Part shown: in pieces, positions 1 to 14,003 of the stretch
How the letters are laid out: every line of letters starts with the position of its first letter
Position numbering within the stretch: position 1 is the first letter of the stretch
Source: Catajapyx aquilonaris
Lineage: Eukaryota
Direction of reading: 5' to 3'
Assembly (NCBI GenBank): GCA_000934665.2
Contig: KZ538645.1
Location: forward strand, 1 to 57,058
DNA length: 57,058 bases
Notes under the pieces: model-generated
Database searches by the model: none
What the model was told of the DNA's origin: nothing
What the model saw: only the letters and a program-made list of their open reading frames with translations
Program-made: the position numbers and the translations under genes

Positions 1-249
1 GATGGGTCTCTTCTGCCTGCGCACTCACTCACTCGATTTGTAAACAGTGGCAACAATGGAAGCGCTCTCCATGGGCTGATGTTTGAATTGGCCCGCCGGA
101 CAGGGTTGCCAGGTAACGCCGCCTCCGCCGGAAAAAAGCATTCAGCGACGGCTAATATGTCCAGCGCTGTACCTATGCTTATTATTGTAATGACTATGAC
201 CATTATCTACATCCTCTCCATTTTAGTCGCTATAGGTTATATGGACTCT

Positions 250-1170
250 GAATAAGTCCGTGCACAATCTACTGTAGGTCATATCCATTAGAGTATTAGA
301 CCCTTTGTCATTGGCCTCTGGACAAAGCAAAAATGATTATCCTAATAATTCTATTTATGAATGCTTATTGGAGTTCTATTCCAGGAGCTCTCATAATTAA
401 GCTGTGAAAGTGAACTAACCAGTATAAGAAGCGCTATAAAAGTCAGGTGAATTCTATCTTCCACTGTGCTATCCCAAATTCCTACCTTTTGGCGATAAGG
501 ATTCCAAAGAAGCTCTACAAAGGACACTGGACAGGTCATCGGCCGGAATAAAAAGTCGGAGTGCATAAAGGGAGTTGGACAAAAAAAAANNNNNNNNNNN
601 NNNNGGGGGGGGGGAACCTTCTATAGCCCACTACTTTCGCCTACAGGATACCTCTCTTCCGCTTTCAATTACAGCCATGGTTTGTTTGCCGTCCCGTGAA
701 AGCGTTCAATCTCCCCCAGCTAGTAGGCAGAAAACTCAATCCGAATATAAAGGAATGGAAGGTGGCAAATAAATTTCAGGAGCCTTACACAGTGGTGGCA
801 GGCAATGCGTCCATTACGATGGATCTTATTAAAACCCGGGAGAACATAAAGCCAGAATCCTCCGACAGCTACTGTAGGTCACCTACAGACGTACAGTGCT
901 GCTGCTATGGGAATTTCAAATGGAATTTCGCACTTTTGGGGGTGGAAAAAAAATATGAAGGATTCTATGACTGCATATGGATTTGGACAAAAGGAAAGTC
1001 GCTGGATTTCTGATCAGAGCACTTGTTGCGTGCATAACATGAAGTACGGGTATTGGATAATAAGACAAAAGGAGATATGCAATAGTGCGATAAAAGCATC
1101 TGGACTTAATATCAGCTCTCATGCGTTGGACTTTTTTTTTCAAAATTTTCATCATATTTCAGGTATATAG
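250..1170 (+). pseudogene. Decayed EnSpm/CACTA-type (animal) transposase remnant
   Basis: Colinear peptides across broken frames (RPFVIGLW; KGH; GRKLNPNIKEWKVANKFQEPYT; SHALDFFFQNFHHI) resemble the PFVIGxxxG, KGHxG, RKPRSLxExxRWKATEFRQFLLYTG and FSAFxFEN blocks of animal CACTA-like transposases. Many stops and frameshifts; judged by eye. Confidence 0.45.
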
Positions 1171-4100
1171 TCATGCAGGTGTTTAATACATTTAGGTACG
1201 CATCAGTTTATTGTTTACACGCACAGTAGCGTGTATAATAATGTATAAATAACTAAATACAAATATTGTAACAGTATAATTATATTATATAAGCAGAATC
1301 TCCATTTCAAAATTAAGGGCCTTGTAGCTTGCCTTGTAGTGTGTATCTGCTGGAGTCAAATATGCAGAGGTTGCCGCCATAGCATTTATGTGTTTTTTCG
1401 GAGAGTGATAAGAGTATAGGGAACCTCGGGATGTCTCAGGTTGAAGAAATGATGAAGGTCACGAAATCAGCCTCAAACCGGTTGACCCTTCCGCTTCCAC
1501 CACCTGCTACAAAATCACACCTTTGATTGACCCACATTCACTTCCGCAAATCAGTGAAAAAAAACTATGGCGACCTGTTATTTACCACACAGTTACCAAA
1601 CAATGTGACCTAATTTGGAAGTACGGTACATCAACTTGACCAATCATGCTTCCTTTTGACTATTTTATTAAATATTAATAGTATTCCCTATATTTTGGAT
1701 TGACTGTGTGTATTTTGTGCTATCTCTAACTATATGGTAGTCGCTTGTTACTGTCAGTATATTCATAGCCTTCATGCTCTTTAGTCTCGCAATAATGTAG
1801 AAAAACAAAGTATGGGTTCCTATATACCAGGAAGAACTTTGTTTAATGTTAACTGTAGGCTAAATGCACAAGTGATTACCGGATATGAACTGAATGGATC
1901 AGGTTCCAGAACTGTACACCCACCAGGTTGTATAGATCATACATATTGAAAAGCCTCGTTTTCACACGTTTAAATGCGAAACACTAACAAAATTATACTA
2001 AATAATCATATACTAATATTGACATATTCAATGAGAGAGAACAATGCCGACAATTTAATTGTCATCATATCTAATATCATATCGCGGTGAGTTAACACGT
2101 TACAAAATGGCGTGATATTTTCTACTTTACTGTTAGCTCATGGTACAATTTTCATTTAGAAGATCGACAGTTATGCATACACCGTGCGTAACTGACGTCT
2201 GTCAATTTCAGTTTCTTTCTTTTCAAAAAGTGTCGCTGCCATATTCCACACCCTACCCCACAAAATAAAATAAACTAATCAATCAAACAAATAAACAATA
2301 TTATATCCCCGGTTCAACCAGGCACAATTCACAGCCCTCATAGTTGATGCCCATACGATTATCTTTAATTTAATTCTCATTCCAATAAATAAGCAATGTA
2401 TTCCATAAACTGGAACATCCGGAAACTGGTAGTGTTTTACTGTGAACAATGCTTAATGGCATTCAAAATTTTCCCCCTCGCAGCTCATAGCATCAAACCA
2501 GTGCGAGAAAACCGGGCATATAGTAAGAACCAAATGAATCTCACATGGATATATAAAACGCCTTAAAAAACTATTCGAGCTCCAGAAATATATGTGGTGT
2601 AGTAATGTTGTCCCTCAGCTGGGAGCCGGAAAAGTAAAGAATGAGGATCCAGCCAATGGGCGATGGTCGGTCCCTTTTCCATTTCATGTCAAGAGCCTTC
2701 CTTCCCCCTCCATCCCCCTTCTTCTTGCTCTCCTGATGTGGAAAATAAAGTCCACGGTTTGTCTCCCGGATGCAATTTCGAATGGGATATATGGAGTCTT
2801 TCGGATGACCCAACACCTTAACCCAACTGCGCCGAAAGAGCCATTCAGCAAGACTCCATGACAGCCTGAAATGAAGCCTGTATATTCAAGAAGCAGCAGT
2901 GGATAGTGCTGCAGCCATGCAGGTGATGCAAGTAACTAATGGTTATACCAGGAATTACATTAACCTTCCGATTTGGTCGACATGACGCGTCGTTGCCACG
3001 CGCGTCGTTGCATTTCTGTACAGTGGACCAAACTTTTCGTCTGCTGATTTGTAATTAATTTCCTGATTAGAAATAATCTAGAGGGGCGAAATAACTTGAT
3101 GTTTACAAATTTCATCCTCCACGGGACCCAGGGTTAACAAAGGGTGACAAATGAAAACACTACGGGGAAATCATAGCAATATTTGGGAGAATGCAAGGTT
3201 TCTGCAAGTACATGCTAGCAACACATAAGTCGAGGCAGCATCCCTCCCCACTCGTTTCAAGAGAGAGATTCTCCGCAACTCTAAAGTGCTGCGTTGGAAC
3301 TTTGCTTTCATCCCAGGTGACTACAGAGAAGAATCCCCCCCCAACTCGTGTTGCAAGAAATTAAACAATTATCCTCATCAGTGTTTGAAAGGACTTTTAT
3401 GTAATCAAGTTTCACAATGTCGCCTTCGACGCCGTCATTAATTTGCACGGCATTAATTAAGACTTTCACTTGTTCTGTATGGCCGACTTTCTTTTTGCTG
3501 GAGTCGAAAATTTTCTCCCACTCGTGGTGCAGAATGACAAAATATGTCAAAAAAGGCGCCACCATAGGCAAAACTGATCTGAACGATTGGCAGGCGAAAT
3601 GATTGTACCGCTTTTGTATTCATGTTGCGTGCGACAATTTCTTTTTAAAAAAGGAAGAAAAAAAGTTGCTCGTACAATGGCCTATTAAAAGTATGTACAG
3701 GTTTTTCAAAAAAAAAATGCGATACTTGGGGCGACTGGCAGACTCAAAATATGCATCAATTTGCCCCAATTAGTTCGGCCGGGAAATGCCCAACGCAGAT
3801 TTGCTTATAGATTTAATCGCCCTATCCAGCATGACGTACGGGAACTGATCTCAGGGGGGTAGTGGGGGATGTAGAGGGGGTTCCAAAAAAATGAACGGCT
3901 AATATTTCAAACCACAGTAAAACTGGCAGCTGCCAGTACTACATGCATGACAGTGTTCAATAACGCTAGTAAACATCAACATGGAGGAGCAATAAACAAT
4001 AATTTAATATTGTAGTCATAAATGCCATGGGCGTGTTTACTCTGCAAATATGTCAGAGAGTATCGTACATCACTATCAACACCTATTATTAACCGATGTA

Positions 4101-7100
4101 TCGCGCTCAAATAGATTCTCACAACACTGGTCTCTATAACATGGTATCACTCGCACACCTTGGGCAGAGGAAATGTTTTTTTTTAAGCCAATCCGCGTTC
4201 ATTTATTTATCGCACGCTCGCTTGGAATTACCTTTTGTAATATTGAAATGGAAGAAACCCCACGATCCAACCTTTGGCCTGTAAACAAAAGCATTTACGA
4301 ATGCAACGATTCACTAAAGCATTTGAGAGATCTCTTGGGAAACCACATACTAATTGAATCAAATCCAGACTGTCTGAATTATTAGGCGTTAAACAGAGAT
4401 GCCAAGTGGGAAGAACAGAAAATTTGGATTCTAACACCTTCCATTCACCAATGAGATTTCACCATTTTGCACTATTAAAGGCCGCATATCAAGTGCTATT
4501 TTCACAATATTCTGTCAATGAAAAGTGCACTGTTTTACAGGTACCTGTACTTGTACATGTACGAAAAATATGTTGATATTCGGAGAAAATTAATTTGTAC
4601 GATTGTAACGACTTTTTGGCAACTTTGTGTAGTCGGTGCGCAACCACCTGAAGGCAACTACCTCAGTCAGGTAAACATGCGCAAATTTTCAATAAAACGC
4701 AATGCACAGATCTAATCGATCATAGCCATCTCTCCCTACCTTCTGGAAATATAAATATCTCAGAGGGTCATTACGCGAATTGCGTGTATAGTCGTATAGT
4801 TACAGTTATTGAATTCCAAATCCCCCTGGAGTGTCATTCAAATATCAGAGATAACACGTACCAACAATTTACCTGCACGGTCAAATATGAACAATGAAAA
4901 TAATCTCCAGATAAATTTGACGTCCATAAATTAAAAATTGGCATCAAGGTCGGGATGTTGGATGGGCATATACTGTATCATCCTACCAACATTTCAGCAA
5001 CGTGACGGCACAGGACGCTGCATTCAATTTATCCCTTTCTGTTATCTTATCGATCTTGATGTCATGGACTTGGTTGTCATTTGACATTCGCTCATTTCCA
5101 CTTGACACTAGCAGCATCCACCATCAGCATCCACCATCATCTCAGCCTTCCGCATCATGGACATCATACAGTATCCTACATGCCACACACACCATTACTA
5201 TTATCCTGTGCCCAATTAGGTCACACTATGTAGACAAAAGCCACTAGTACAAGGCATGTATGCAGATTTAATATTCATCCACATGGCTCACATCAGCCCC
5301 TGGCATTTTTTTTTTCATACGTAACATGTTGGCCTAACCCAAAAGTTTGGAAAGTACAACCTCACGCGACTTGCATGAGAAGTGTGGGCGAGAACAGGTG
5401 CGCCAAGTCTGTCATATAGAACCACTACTGTACAGTGCAATGTAGTCTGCTTGCGAAACCTGAAGGTGGCAACACTTGCTGGAGAGAGACGACTAAGCGC
5501 TTCAAATCGAGCTGGAGTCCCACAAAATTGAACAGATATACCATATTGATGCACTGTACTTTCAAACCTGGTGTCTTTGACTTGCAAATTAAAAGCTTGG
5601 ATCTATTACCTAATATTTACTGCAAGACCCTGGGTCAGATTGGTGGGCCTGGTCGCTAATTAATTGACATATTTATTCAGTTATTTATCAATCCTGGCGG
5701 TTTTGAGTTTGTACACGTGAGCTTGATGAAATGTTCAACACCCGCGTCCATCCCGGAGTATATACAGTATTCCCCACAGTTCTCTAAGCATGTAATTTAG
5801 ATTGCACAGAACTTCCGCGGGGCAGGAATAATACAAGACCCCACCTGCTAATCAAGTTTGTTAGTTTTGATCAATAATACATACTAATCATGATGTAAAG
5901 GCCTACATTTTGGGCTACTCGCACGTCACTTTTTGATAGGGAGGAAGTGGACGACGTTACCCGATGCAGGTTAATGCTCACAACTGGCGGTGATCAATGG
6001 TTGCCTTAATTTTCTCTTAGCGTGCGCACACACTAAAAATCGCAAGGATAATTAGGGGCCTGATCACGCAGAATGAGAGTGTAATTCCCCCCCTTTTGGA
6101 CTAAATGGGACAGTTTCCATCCCGACGAATTTGTTTGGAATCATTTATTCACCTGAGCCAGAACGCACCTTACGACCGTTTTTTTCTTGCCCTTTCACTC
6201 CTCGTCTAATCAGCGAGTCTTTAGGGATAGTTCATTAGCCTCCGACGAATGACAATTCTGTCAGATCTTGACTGACCTAGCAGAAACATCTTCAGACGCT
6301 TCTCCCTAATTGACACTTGGCTGAGAAATGTAGCGACAAGAATTACAAGCAACTTTAGGTGTTTAACAATTCAAAACGCTTCCTTGATCCGCTCATAAAA
6401 ATTGCATCAGATCGATGTGTGTGCTAGGGTTAGTACTGAATGACGGGCCAAACTGATGTAGTAGCCAGGTCGATATACTTTGCTGGACAGCACGCATTCA
6501 AGAGCAAATGGTTTAGCCTACAGATACTATCGATTGGGACTGCCCTTCACTTAAGTGCATTTCCGATTTTTTGGACTGAAAATTTTTGTTAGAGCAAGGA
6601 TGTGCCTGGGGGTGTCCTATGCACTGTGTTGTAAAGTTGCACAGTATTTCTGGCCACAAAGTGTCGTTCGTGTCTCCCTGAACGCAAAGCAAGTCTGACG
6701 TGACGCGTGTCACTCTGCTAGTCCCAATTACGACTTCTTTCCCCTTTACTGCGCCCTTACAGGTGCGTTTATGAATCCGATGTACTCGGCAGGCAATTCT
6801 GTTGCAAGGCCCATCAGGGCTAATTGCCATCATAACGGAATTTTAGAGCAAGGGCATGGAAGCTGTAGAATGTCATCGAGGCCAAAGTACTTTCATTTTC
6901 TCTCGACGACAAACTTTTTTTGTCTTTTTTTTTGTCTGGAGAAGCGGCAGTTTGGGATCTAGATGAGCCATAACTAATATGAATTGCTTCCGGGAACTCC
7001 TACAATACAGTATTTTTGTCGTTTTTCACTCTCCCGCTTGCAATTAACGTCTCGTCTTTTAGGTGAGTGACCATGTTCACGGCAAATGAGCGTCTTGAAA

Positions 7101-7520
7101 CATCAGCTTAACCGCACTCTACTCTTTGTTACCGATTTCCAGGAGACGGTGCTCATTATACATCATAGCAACGTAACCCGAAAGGAGTAAGTGTGCTTCA
7201 ACTTCTGAATCCGAAATTTGCGGTGTCAAAGGACTCTCATTACAAGCAGATTGGTATGTTGTATGTGGCTGCACAAGATGGAGATGATGTGAGAGTCAAG
7301 TCTGGCAATTTGTGGAGATGCTGTTGCAACTTGGGTCACAAGAGGATTGGATTTACGCTAGCAAACAGATAGCCCTGTGCTGCAGTATGAACTTCGCCAT
7401 TTCAGGTTGAATGCTTAATAAGTTGCGTGCAAACCTCAGCTCGCCAATAAATGGGAAACCTCATTTGACATACTGGAGTTCTCGTGTTCCGGAGGCAGAA
7501 AGTTTGTGTTCCCAACTGAA

Positions 7521-7930
7521 GCAGGTTGGTGGAGTGAATAAGGCGCCAGACTGCTAATCGGGAGGTCCTGGGTTCGAGTCCCGGGGCCGGAGATCCTTAC
7601 CGTGGTTTTCTGTGGTTTCCCACGGTCCTCCCGTAAATAATAGGCGACAGCCGCTCCCTTCCTTTCCTATCCTTGACCCATCCATGGGGAGGTGCGGTGG
7701 GGGAATTCTGACCCGCACCTAGGGGGTTGTCTTGCAACCTGACCCCCTGGGTGACTGCACACGACCCCCAACATTAAGACAACGCACTTGCACCACTGTC
7801 CCCTCCTCACAAATCCCTATCCTGATTCCTGCACCGGAGAGAAAAAATGCGAAAGAAAAATTCGCAAGAAAAATGGTGGCAATCCACCCCCCTAAAAGGG
7901 CTTCGTTCCCTCCAATAAGGTAAAAACCAA
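7521..7930 (+). mobile_element. Chimeric tRNA-derived SINE (family A head plus family B body)
   Basis: A-box-like TGGTGGAGTGAATAAGG and B-box GGTTCGAGTCC. The 5' part matches 16314-16568 (reverse). From about 7686 it matches the 12041/21638 SINE body and the shared ATGGTGG..CCACCCCCCTAAAAGG tail. Confidence 0.75.
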
Positions 7931-10127
7931 AAGAAAATCTGTGTTCATGCACCTCAGTGTTTGTACTCGCCAACTACTGTTTATGAAACAAATAAATAAT
8001 GTGACAGTGATGGCCTTCAGTGAGGAACGTCAAATTGCAAAATTTTAGTTGGCCGACTATCAGAACCTTGAAAGAAATATGTCTTGGGGTACAGATTACT
8101 TCCAAGAAAAGGCATGTCCATATTGGCACATGCCGCCACTGAAGCAGAATAGTAACAATTTTAGGCAAGTGACACCTCCACTTTCCAAGTCATTTCTACA
8201 GCCATATAATATGCCATAAAAATTTATTGCTATGGTATCACTCGTATAACCCATACAAGGTGTGTCCCAAAACTCGGTTCACATCCGCATCAGTTGAAAG
8301 CCCGCGTACCATCCTCACCTCCAGGCCATTTCTCCAGCATCCTTATCAGTATTGCATTCTATTTCCAGAACCCCCCAACCGACACCCCGGTTTTCCCCAT
8401 CACAATCGAGAATATAATCGCGGGAAGGAAAGCATGTCGATTCACAGACTCTTGTGTCACGCACGCTTATACCGCGTTTTTCAAAATTTAGCTCACATAC
8501 CTATACCGGTTAAAATCTCGCGGAAGCTAGCCTCATTAGCGTCACCTTCAATTTTGACGAGCTTTACACTGGAAGTTTGGTCACCTAAATTGCGGAATTT
8601 CCAGTGATTATATAACAGTAAAATCAGTGGGATAATATTGAACTTGCGATTCCATCAATGGGACTTCATGCATTCAAGTCGATCTCAACGTCTCAGTTGG
8701 TAGTTAAGAGCTTTTGAGGAGGAGTGATTAAGAGGGGACTCCTACCGATATCGGGACTTCTCTCGTGCAAATAGACTGAGTGAAATTAAAAATATTGAAT
8801 GCATTCGTTGAATGCCAAACTACATGATGCACTTATTAGAGCCTGTACTTGTGCAAAAAAATGCATGACCACGAGACTTTTCAATTTAACGAGATGCACC
8901 AGTTTCGGGTATAAATTAGGCCTATTATTAAGCCCGTGTCGACTAACTGCTAGATCCCTGTGTAGCTAGGGGGCAGGGTAATGTAAAAGTAAACTAATAA
9001 AGTGACACTATGTGCTGTGAGAGCAAATGTATGCCTGGTTTTGCAGCGGAAAACATGCAAAGCTGCCAGTCTTCAAAAATCATGAGTGACCCGTGATAGC
9101 CTAATGGTCCTTTCATGTAGGGCATAGTTGAAAGATAAGCGCACAGGTGAAAAGCGGAAACTTATAATGACATGCAATAATTAATTTAATGCAGATGTTT
9201 ACAGTAACAAATTGGCTGGGACCTTGTACACACAGTGCTGTCCCTGTTGGCAATATACTGGCCGGTACTATTAGCGATAAGTGAGTTAGGGATATGGCTT
9301 TCAAGCGATTTGGACGAGACCGTACAGTTAGTAGCCACCGTAGCTTACATTTGCGATTAGAACAGCAATGCTATTTTGGTGTTTTGACACGTCAATTGTA
9401 GCTCGTCTATTCATCCCTCTATTTATTTTTAAAGAATGGGTTTCATTTACGAACAGAGTGCATTCTCATGCCCGATGATTTGACACTAGCATGATGCGAT
9501 GCTGCAGTATTTGGGTGCACAACGCCATCATATAGATGCACACATGCAACGCATTAGGGACGCTGAGCCAAGTTGTGAATCTATGGCCTATCAAGATAAT
9601 GTTGGTGAAACCATGCCAAACATACCGATGTAATCGACATAGATTACTTGCATAATAATTGGAGCGAAATTTTGAGCTCATTTGACTATCACAGTTACCA
9701 GTTAGGCCTACATGCACACCAGGCCGAACAAATTGCCACTGTTTACATCACCTGTTATTCTAACGAATGTGTTGCTCTACAGTAGCTGGATGTTACTCGC
9801 GTTTGGTTGGAGTCAATCATGTGGCAGTGGGGTTCTCTCATCCAATTAACTCTCACGTTGATATTAACTCAATTCTGTAAATGATGTCATTTCTGACCGC
9901 GTCGAAAAATATTTGGGTAACATAATAATTATTCATTTCCATATTTTAACGACCCTTACTGCAGGCATACACCAGGACACTGCATGCAGAGATGCGCTCA
10001 TTTCATTCCTATTATTTACTGGAAACTGTACAGTACAAGCTGAAATTTTGCATTTGGTTTTTGTTGAAGATTTTTGTAATTCAATGTAGTTGCAGGTTTG
10101 TCTATTCATATAATCCTATAATGAGTT

Positions 10128-10304
10128 CGAGGGGGTACTCACTCGACTGTAAAGTGTACACCGGAGTACCAAATTCACCTGGGAGTACCAAGGAGTACCA
10201 ATAAGGAGTACCTGGGAGTACCTGGGAGTACCTGGGAGTACCTGGGAGTACCAAGGAGTACCACTGCAGGTGTACAGCGGAGTACTGAAGTGAGTACCCC
10301 CTTG
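10128..10304. mobile_element. MITE with C(A/G)AGGGGGTA TIRs and internal 10-bp GGAGTACCTG repeats (8-bp TSD class, hAT/P-like)
   Basis: TIR CGAGGGGGTACTCACT...AGTGAGTACCCCCTTG; flanks AATGAGTT/AATGAGAC; same family as 46586-46733. Confidence 0.75.
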
Positions 10305-10357
10305 AATGAGACACTTATTTTCATTTCCATATTTTTTGCATTTTTGGATTTTACGTC

Positions 10358-10361
<4 letters not shown>

Positions 10362-10422
<61 letters not shown>
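10362..10422. repeat. (ATT)n microsatellite
   Basis: Directly visible. Confidence 0.95.
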
Positions 10423-12040
10423 GTTCACTCTATATAGTGTAATCAGGGATAAGAAAATAAGCCATGCATGCGCATCAGACGTTGAGTAATCACATATGCA
10501 CAGTGTCCCTTTATGCAAACAACTTGCTCTTTATTCTTCAAGTGAACCACTTTGTCCTCAAATTAGGTTTGACAGAGTTGCAAAATTACAGGGGGAGGCG
10601 AGATGAAAGCAAAATTTTAACCTGTTAATCAAAATAAATTTCCCAATGAAATGGAGCCGGTGGGCTGGGGTTGGCAAGCGAAATTAGCGCCATCTGCTTG
10701 GTTTTGCTGCCAGCTTTCTCGTCGCCGTGCCTGATAGGCCTCTCGCAGAGCTTACCTTCGCCTTTGTCCTTAGTATGAGATGATGCGCAATTAGCTCTCT
10801 TTTACCATGGGTTTCCAGGTGCGGAAAACAGGAGGATGGGGGGAAAAAGGAGAATGAACCCAAAAAAAGTATCAAACTCTTCCTTTTAGAAAGCCACTTT
10901 AAACGACTGTATTAGAATATATTACACGGCAGACCTGAGCCACTGCACTGGGGTAAAATGGCGGGATTAGTATCGAAATGAGGGCTTTGTTCCTAAATCA
11001 TTTTTATAATCCGAGACACGTTTTGTAATCGCTGCCACACCATTAGAGCGGTCATGTCAGTAGGACACGCTCATCAGTTTTTTCTGCGTTTGTAAACATT
11101 ATCATAATGTGCACAGTGTGTGGCAGTGAGGATTTTAAAATTCAGGAAGCTTAAATAAGATGGCAGTCCTTTTTAAGAAAGCACAAGACTCAGTATTGAT
11201 AGAATTCAATCGAAAGATACGGGTAAGATGCTATAGGTTGCCAATGAGACAGTACGAGTCGTGTGAAACTAACTGTAATATTCCCAACTTTTAGTTTATA
11301 CGACATGCATCATACATTCGTGTTGAAAGGCACGACCATGACGATCTCAATTATTCATCTAATAAAGGTGTTTTATAGTGATTCGCACAAATTACTATAT
11401 TGTTTCTGGGAATTTAAGGATCACGTCATATTGCATTGAATAGAGATGTAATTCACCTCGGTACCTAGGAAATTGGCTTTAAACACACGGCAAGTAGACC
11501 TATAAGGGTCCATTTGCACAATCTCGCCTTTCCAAATATAAATTGTAGAAATGTCACTTTGTAATTTAATCTGTCATCTCATTAGGTGTAACATGCAGAC
11601 GGTGCGTGGAAGAGTCGTAGATTGTATCTGTACCATAGGTGATGGTACACTCCACTTATTTACTTACAATAATCTACGGAAGAATGTTTTGGAAAAAAAT
11701 TATAGCCTCTCTATAAAATGATCTGATGCTCAGGTGTCTATAAAAAAGTCATCTGAATCATTATTAACCATACGGTATATTTTGAGCAATACCGCAAGCT
11801 AGAATTGAGTTGCGGTTTCAAGCATAGTGAACCTCGGATCTGTATTCAATAGCCCCTTAAGGCCCACGGCCTTATATTAATAAATCATTATGTGCTGAAC
11901 TTCATTAGGCCAACTGGAGTAACTTTGTGGCTGACTATACTCCGAGCTCTTCTATCGGCTGAGTATAAATTCACTATCGAACGCTCATGCCAGGGGGTGA
12001 CATTTCTACACTTACACTACATTTATTTAACCGATCTGTT

Positions 12041-12390
12041 GGGGAGGTGCGGTGACCGAGATGGTATCGTCTCGACTTGCTGAGTGAAAGGTCCCAGGTT
12101 CGATCCCCGCCTGGGAGTTCCCTTTCACCTGCGTCCGGATGGTCTCCGACCTGACCTTGGAGGTATCTGACAACCTAAGCTCCTGGGAGACTGCACATGG
12201 CCAAAACTTGAGATATTGCACCTGCACCCGTGTCCCCTCCCCAAAAATCCCAATCCTTACCAAATGTCCTGGTTTCCTTGCACAGGAGAGTGAAGAAAAA
12301 CGTAGTCTACTAGAAAACTGATGGTGGTGTTCCACCCCCCCAAAAAAGGCTCCATGGGGGCCTATCACGGGGTAAAATATAATATAATAT
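12041..12390 (+). mobile_element. tRNA-derived SINE family B
   Basis: A box GGTGACCGAGATGG, B box GGTTCGATCCC, A-rich tail, degenerate TSD ATTTAACCGATCTGT/ATTCAACCTATCTGT; homologous to 21638-21997. Confidence 0.85.
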
Positions 12391-12683
12391 TCAACCTATC
12401 TGTGATGAAAGTCATTATTATAAACTAGCACTATACAAAATTACCATGTTTTAAAAATTGCATTTAGACACTGCAGGGTGCAATATGATGCAATTATATT
12501 AAGCATATTAATATCCTCAGTTGTCATCGCCTTCTGGTTTTCGGGATGCACAGCCTATAGTTCAAAGGTGACCTTGTTGCAAATTGGCTAGGTGGGATTT
12601 TGGTCTGATATATGGTCTTTGAATCCTCCCATCTCTCGACTTTGCCGGTAGGAAGATGTTTATCTAATAACGCATCTTGTATA

Positions 12684-12852
12684 CAGCGTGCCCTGAAACT
12701 ACCTCAGTTGATTCAGGTAGGGCGACCCCTTGGCCTATGTTAAGACATTTATTTTGGCTGTAAGGTACAGTTACGACATACGAAAAAGTTATGATGAATG
12801 CAGGTGTTATTTGTGCAATAATACATACGGACATTTCATTTGGAACACCCTG
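12684..12852. mobile_element. Degenerate Tc1/mariner-type MITE
   Basis: TA-CAGCGTGCCC ... GGAACACCCTG-TA termini. Confidence 0.45.
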
Positions 12853-13726
12853 TAGACTATATGTGTTATAGTCTGGCCAGCCGGAGTGCATACAGCTCCT
12901 GTGTTGTCAGTCAGAGATATTGAGTTGGAAAGCTGGATATGCATATAGCGCACAGAACTTGAGCGGCACCGAAATCGAGTCGAGCTTTTGTTCCCAAATA
13001 TGTCCACATGTCGAGTCCTGTTCCGACTCCCACAGGCACCAACGGCAACACATCTATTCCCCGTAATTACACTTAATATAGTCAATCAGTACAGATTTCA
13101 TTTATTCCTGCACCATTGCATTGTCACCGCATAGCAATGCGGTCTTATATAACATAATTATACATCCTGTACAGTATATGCAAATATTTGTTCTGTATGA
13201 CCAGTGAATGTTCAGCAGCCAAAATAGTATTATTTCTAGGACTGCCTTGTATGTCCATAACACGAAACTTTTGGTTCCAGCCAAAAATCATGAACTAAAG
13301 GCATCAAAGTTGTCTTCCCCCAAGTGTGACACTTGCAGGACGTCCCCCGCACCTCCACAAAAAAATAAATTACATAGAGCTGATTTTCCCCCCACCTCCG
13401 CATCTCTCAAAAAAGTGTTTCATTTTGTCCGCTTTGCTCACCCCCAAAACAGCAAAACTTTCCTTGAAACACGAAGTCACGAACCGTGGGAATGAGTTGG
13501 GGCGGGGGACGCAAAAATTTTGCAGTAGTCCAGAGAAAATGCTCAAAATTTTTCGCCCCTTCTAATTGAAAAGTTCGGCACACATTATACGTAACGCCGG
13601 CCCAAATCCTCCTGCCCATTGTAACGTTAACATCTGTTCCTCCATCTATTTTTTTTGTCTAAAATGTCCTCTCCCACGTCTCTTTTGAACAAAAATCTGC
13701 TTTGTGTACACTGCAATGCATGTACC

Positions 13727-13993
13727 AATTTGGCCACTTTATCCTGGTCTTGAAGCAATCTTTCGCACAGGCCCCACGGTGAGGAGGTGTGTGTGTGTGT
13801 GTGTGTGTGAGGGGTTGATTCAAGACCAGGTTTTTGCGGGCCATAGTACATCACGATGTCTCGATACTATGGCCCGCAAAAAAGGATTGTCGCGGGTTAT
13901 CCTGGCTTGAATGCAACCCATTGCACACACCTGTGCAATGGGTTGCACCAGAGCCACGATAACCCGCGACGATCCTTTTTTGGGCCATAGTAC
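13727..13993. mobile_element. Two adjacent palindromic MITEs with TACTAT(G/C)G termini
   Basis: 13727-13849 matches the 17207/50004 family (CCACTTTATCCTGGTCTTGAAGCAA, GT-repeat core). 13865-13993 is a near-complete palindrome TACTATGGCCC...GGGCCATAGTA. Confidence 0.7.
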
Positions 13994-14003
13994 CGATCAA
14001 CCC

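Noticed and set aside
2300..2870. piggyBac-like peptide echoes on the - strand (IYPIRNC...LYFPHQ...LDMKWKR)
   Set aside because: Too degenerate; no catalytic motifs or TTAA-bounded TIR pair confirmed.
12041..12115. SINE heads (also 7521, 16500, 21638) as tRNA genes
   Set aside because: No proper acceptor stem; they continue into SINE bodies with tails, and the family B copies have TSDs.
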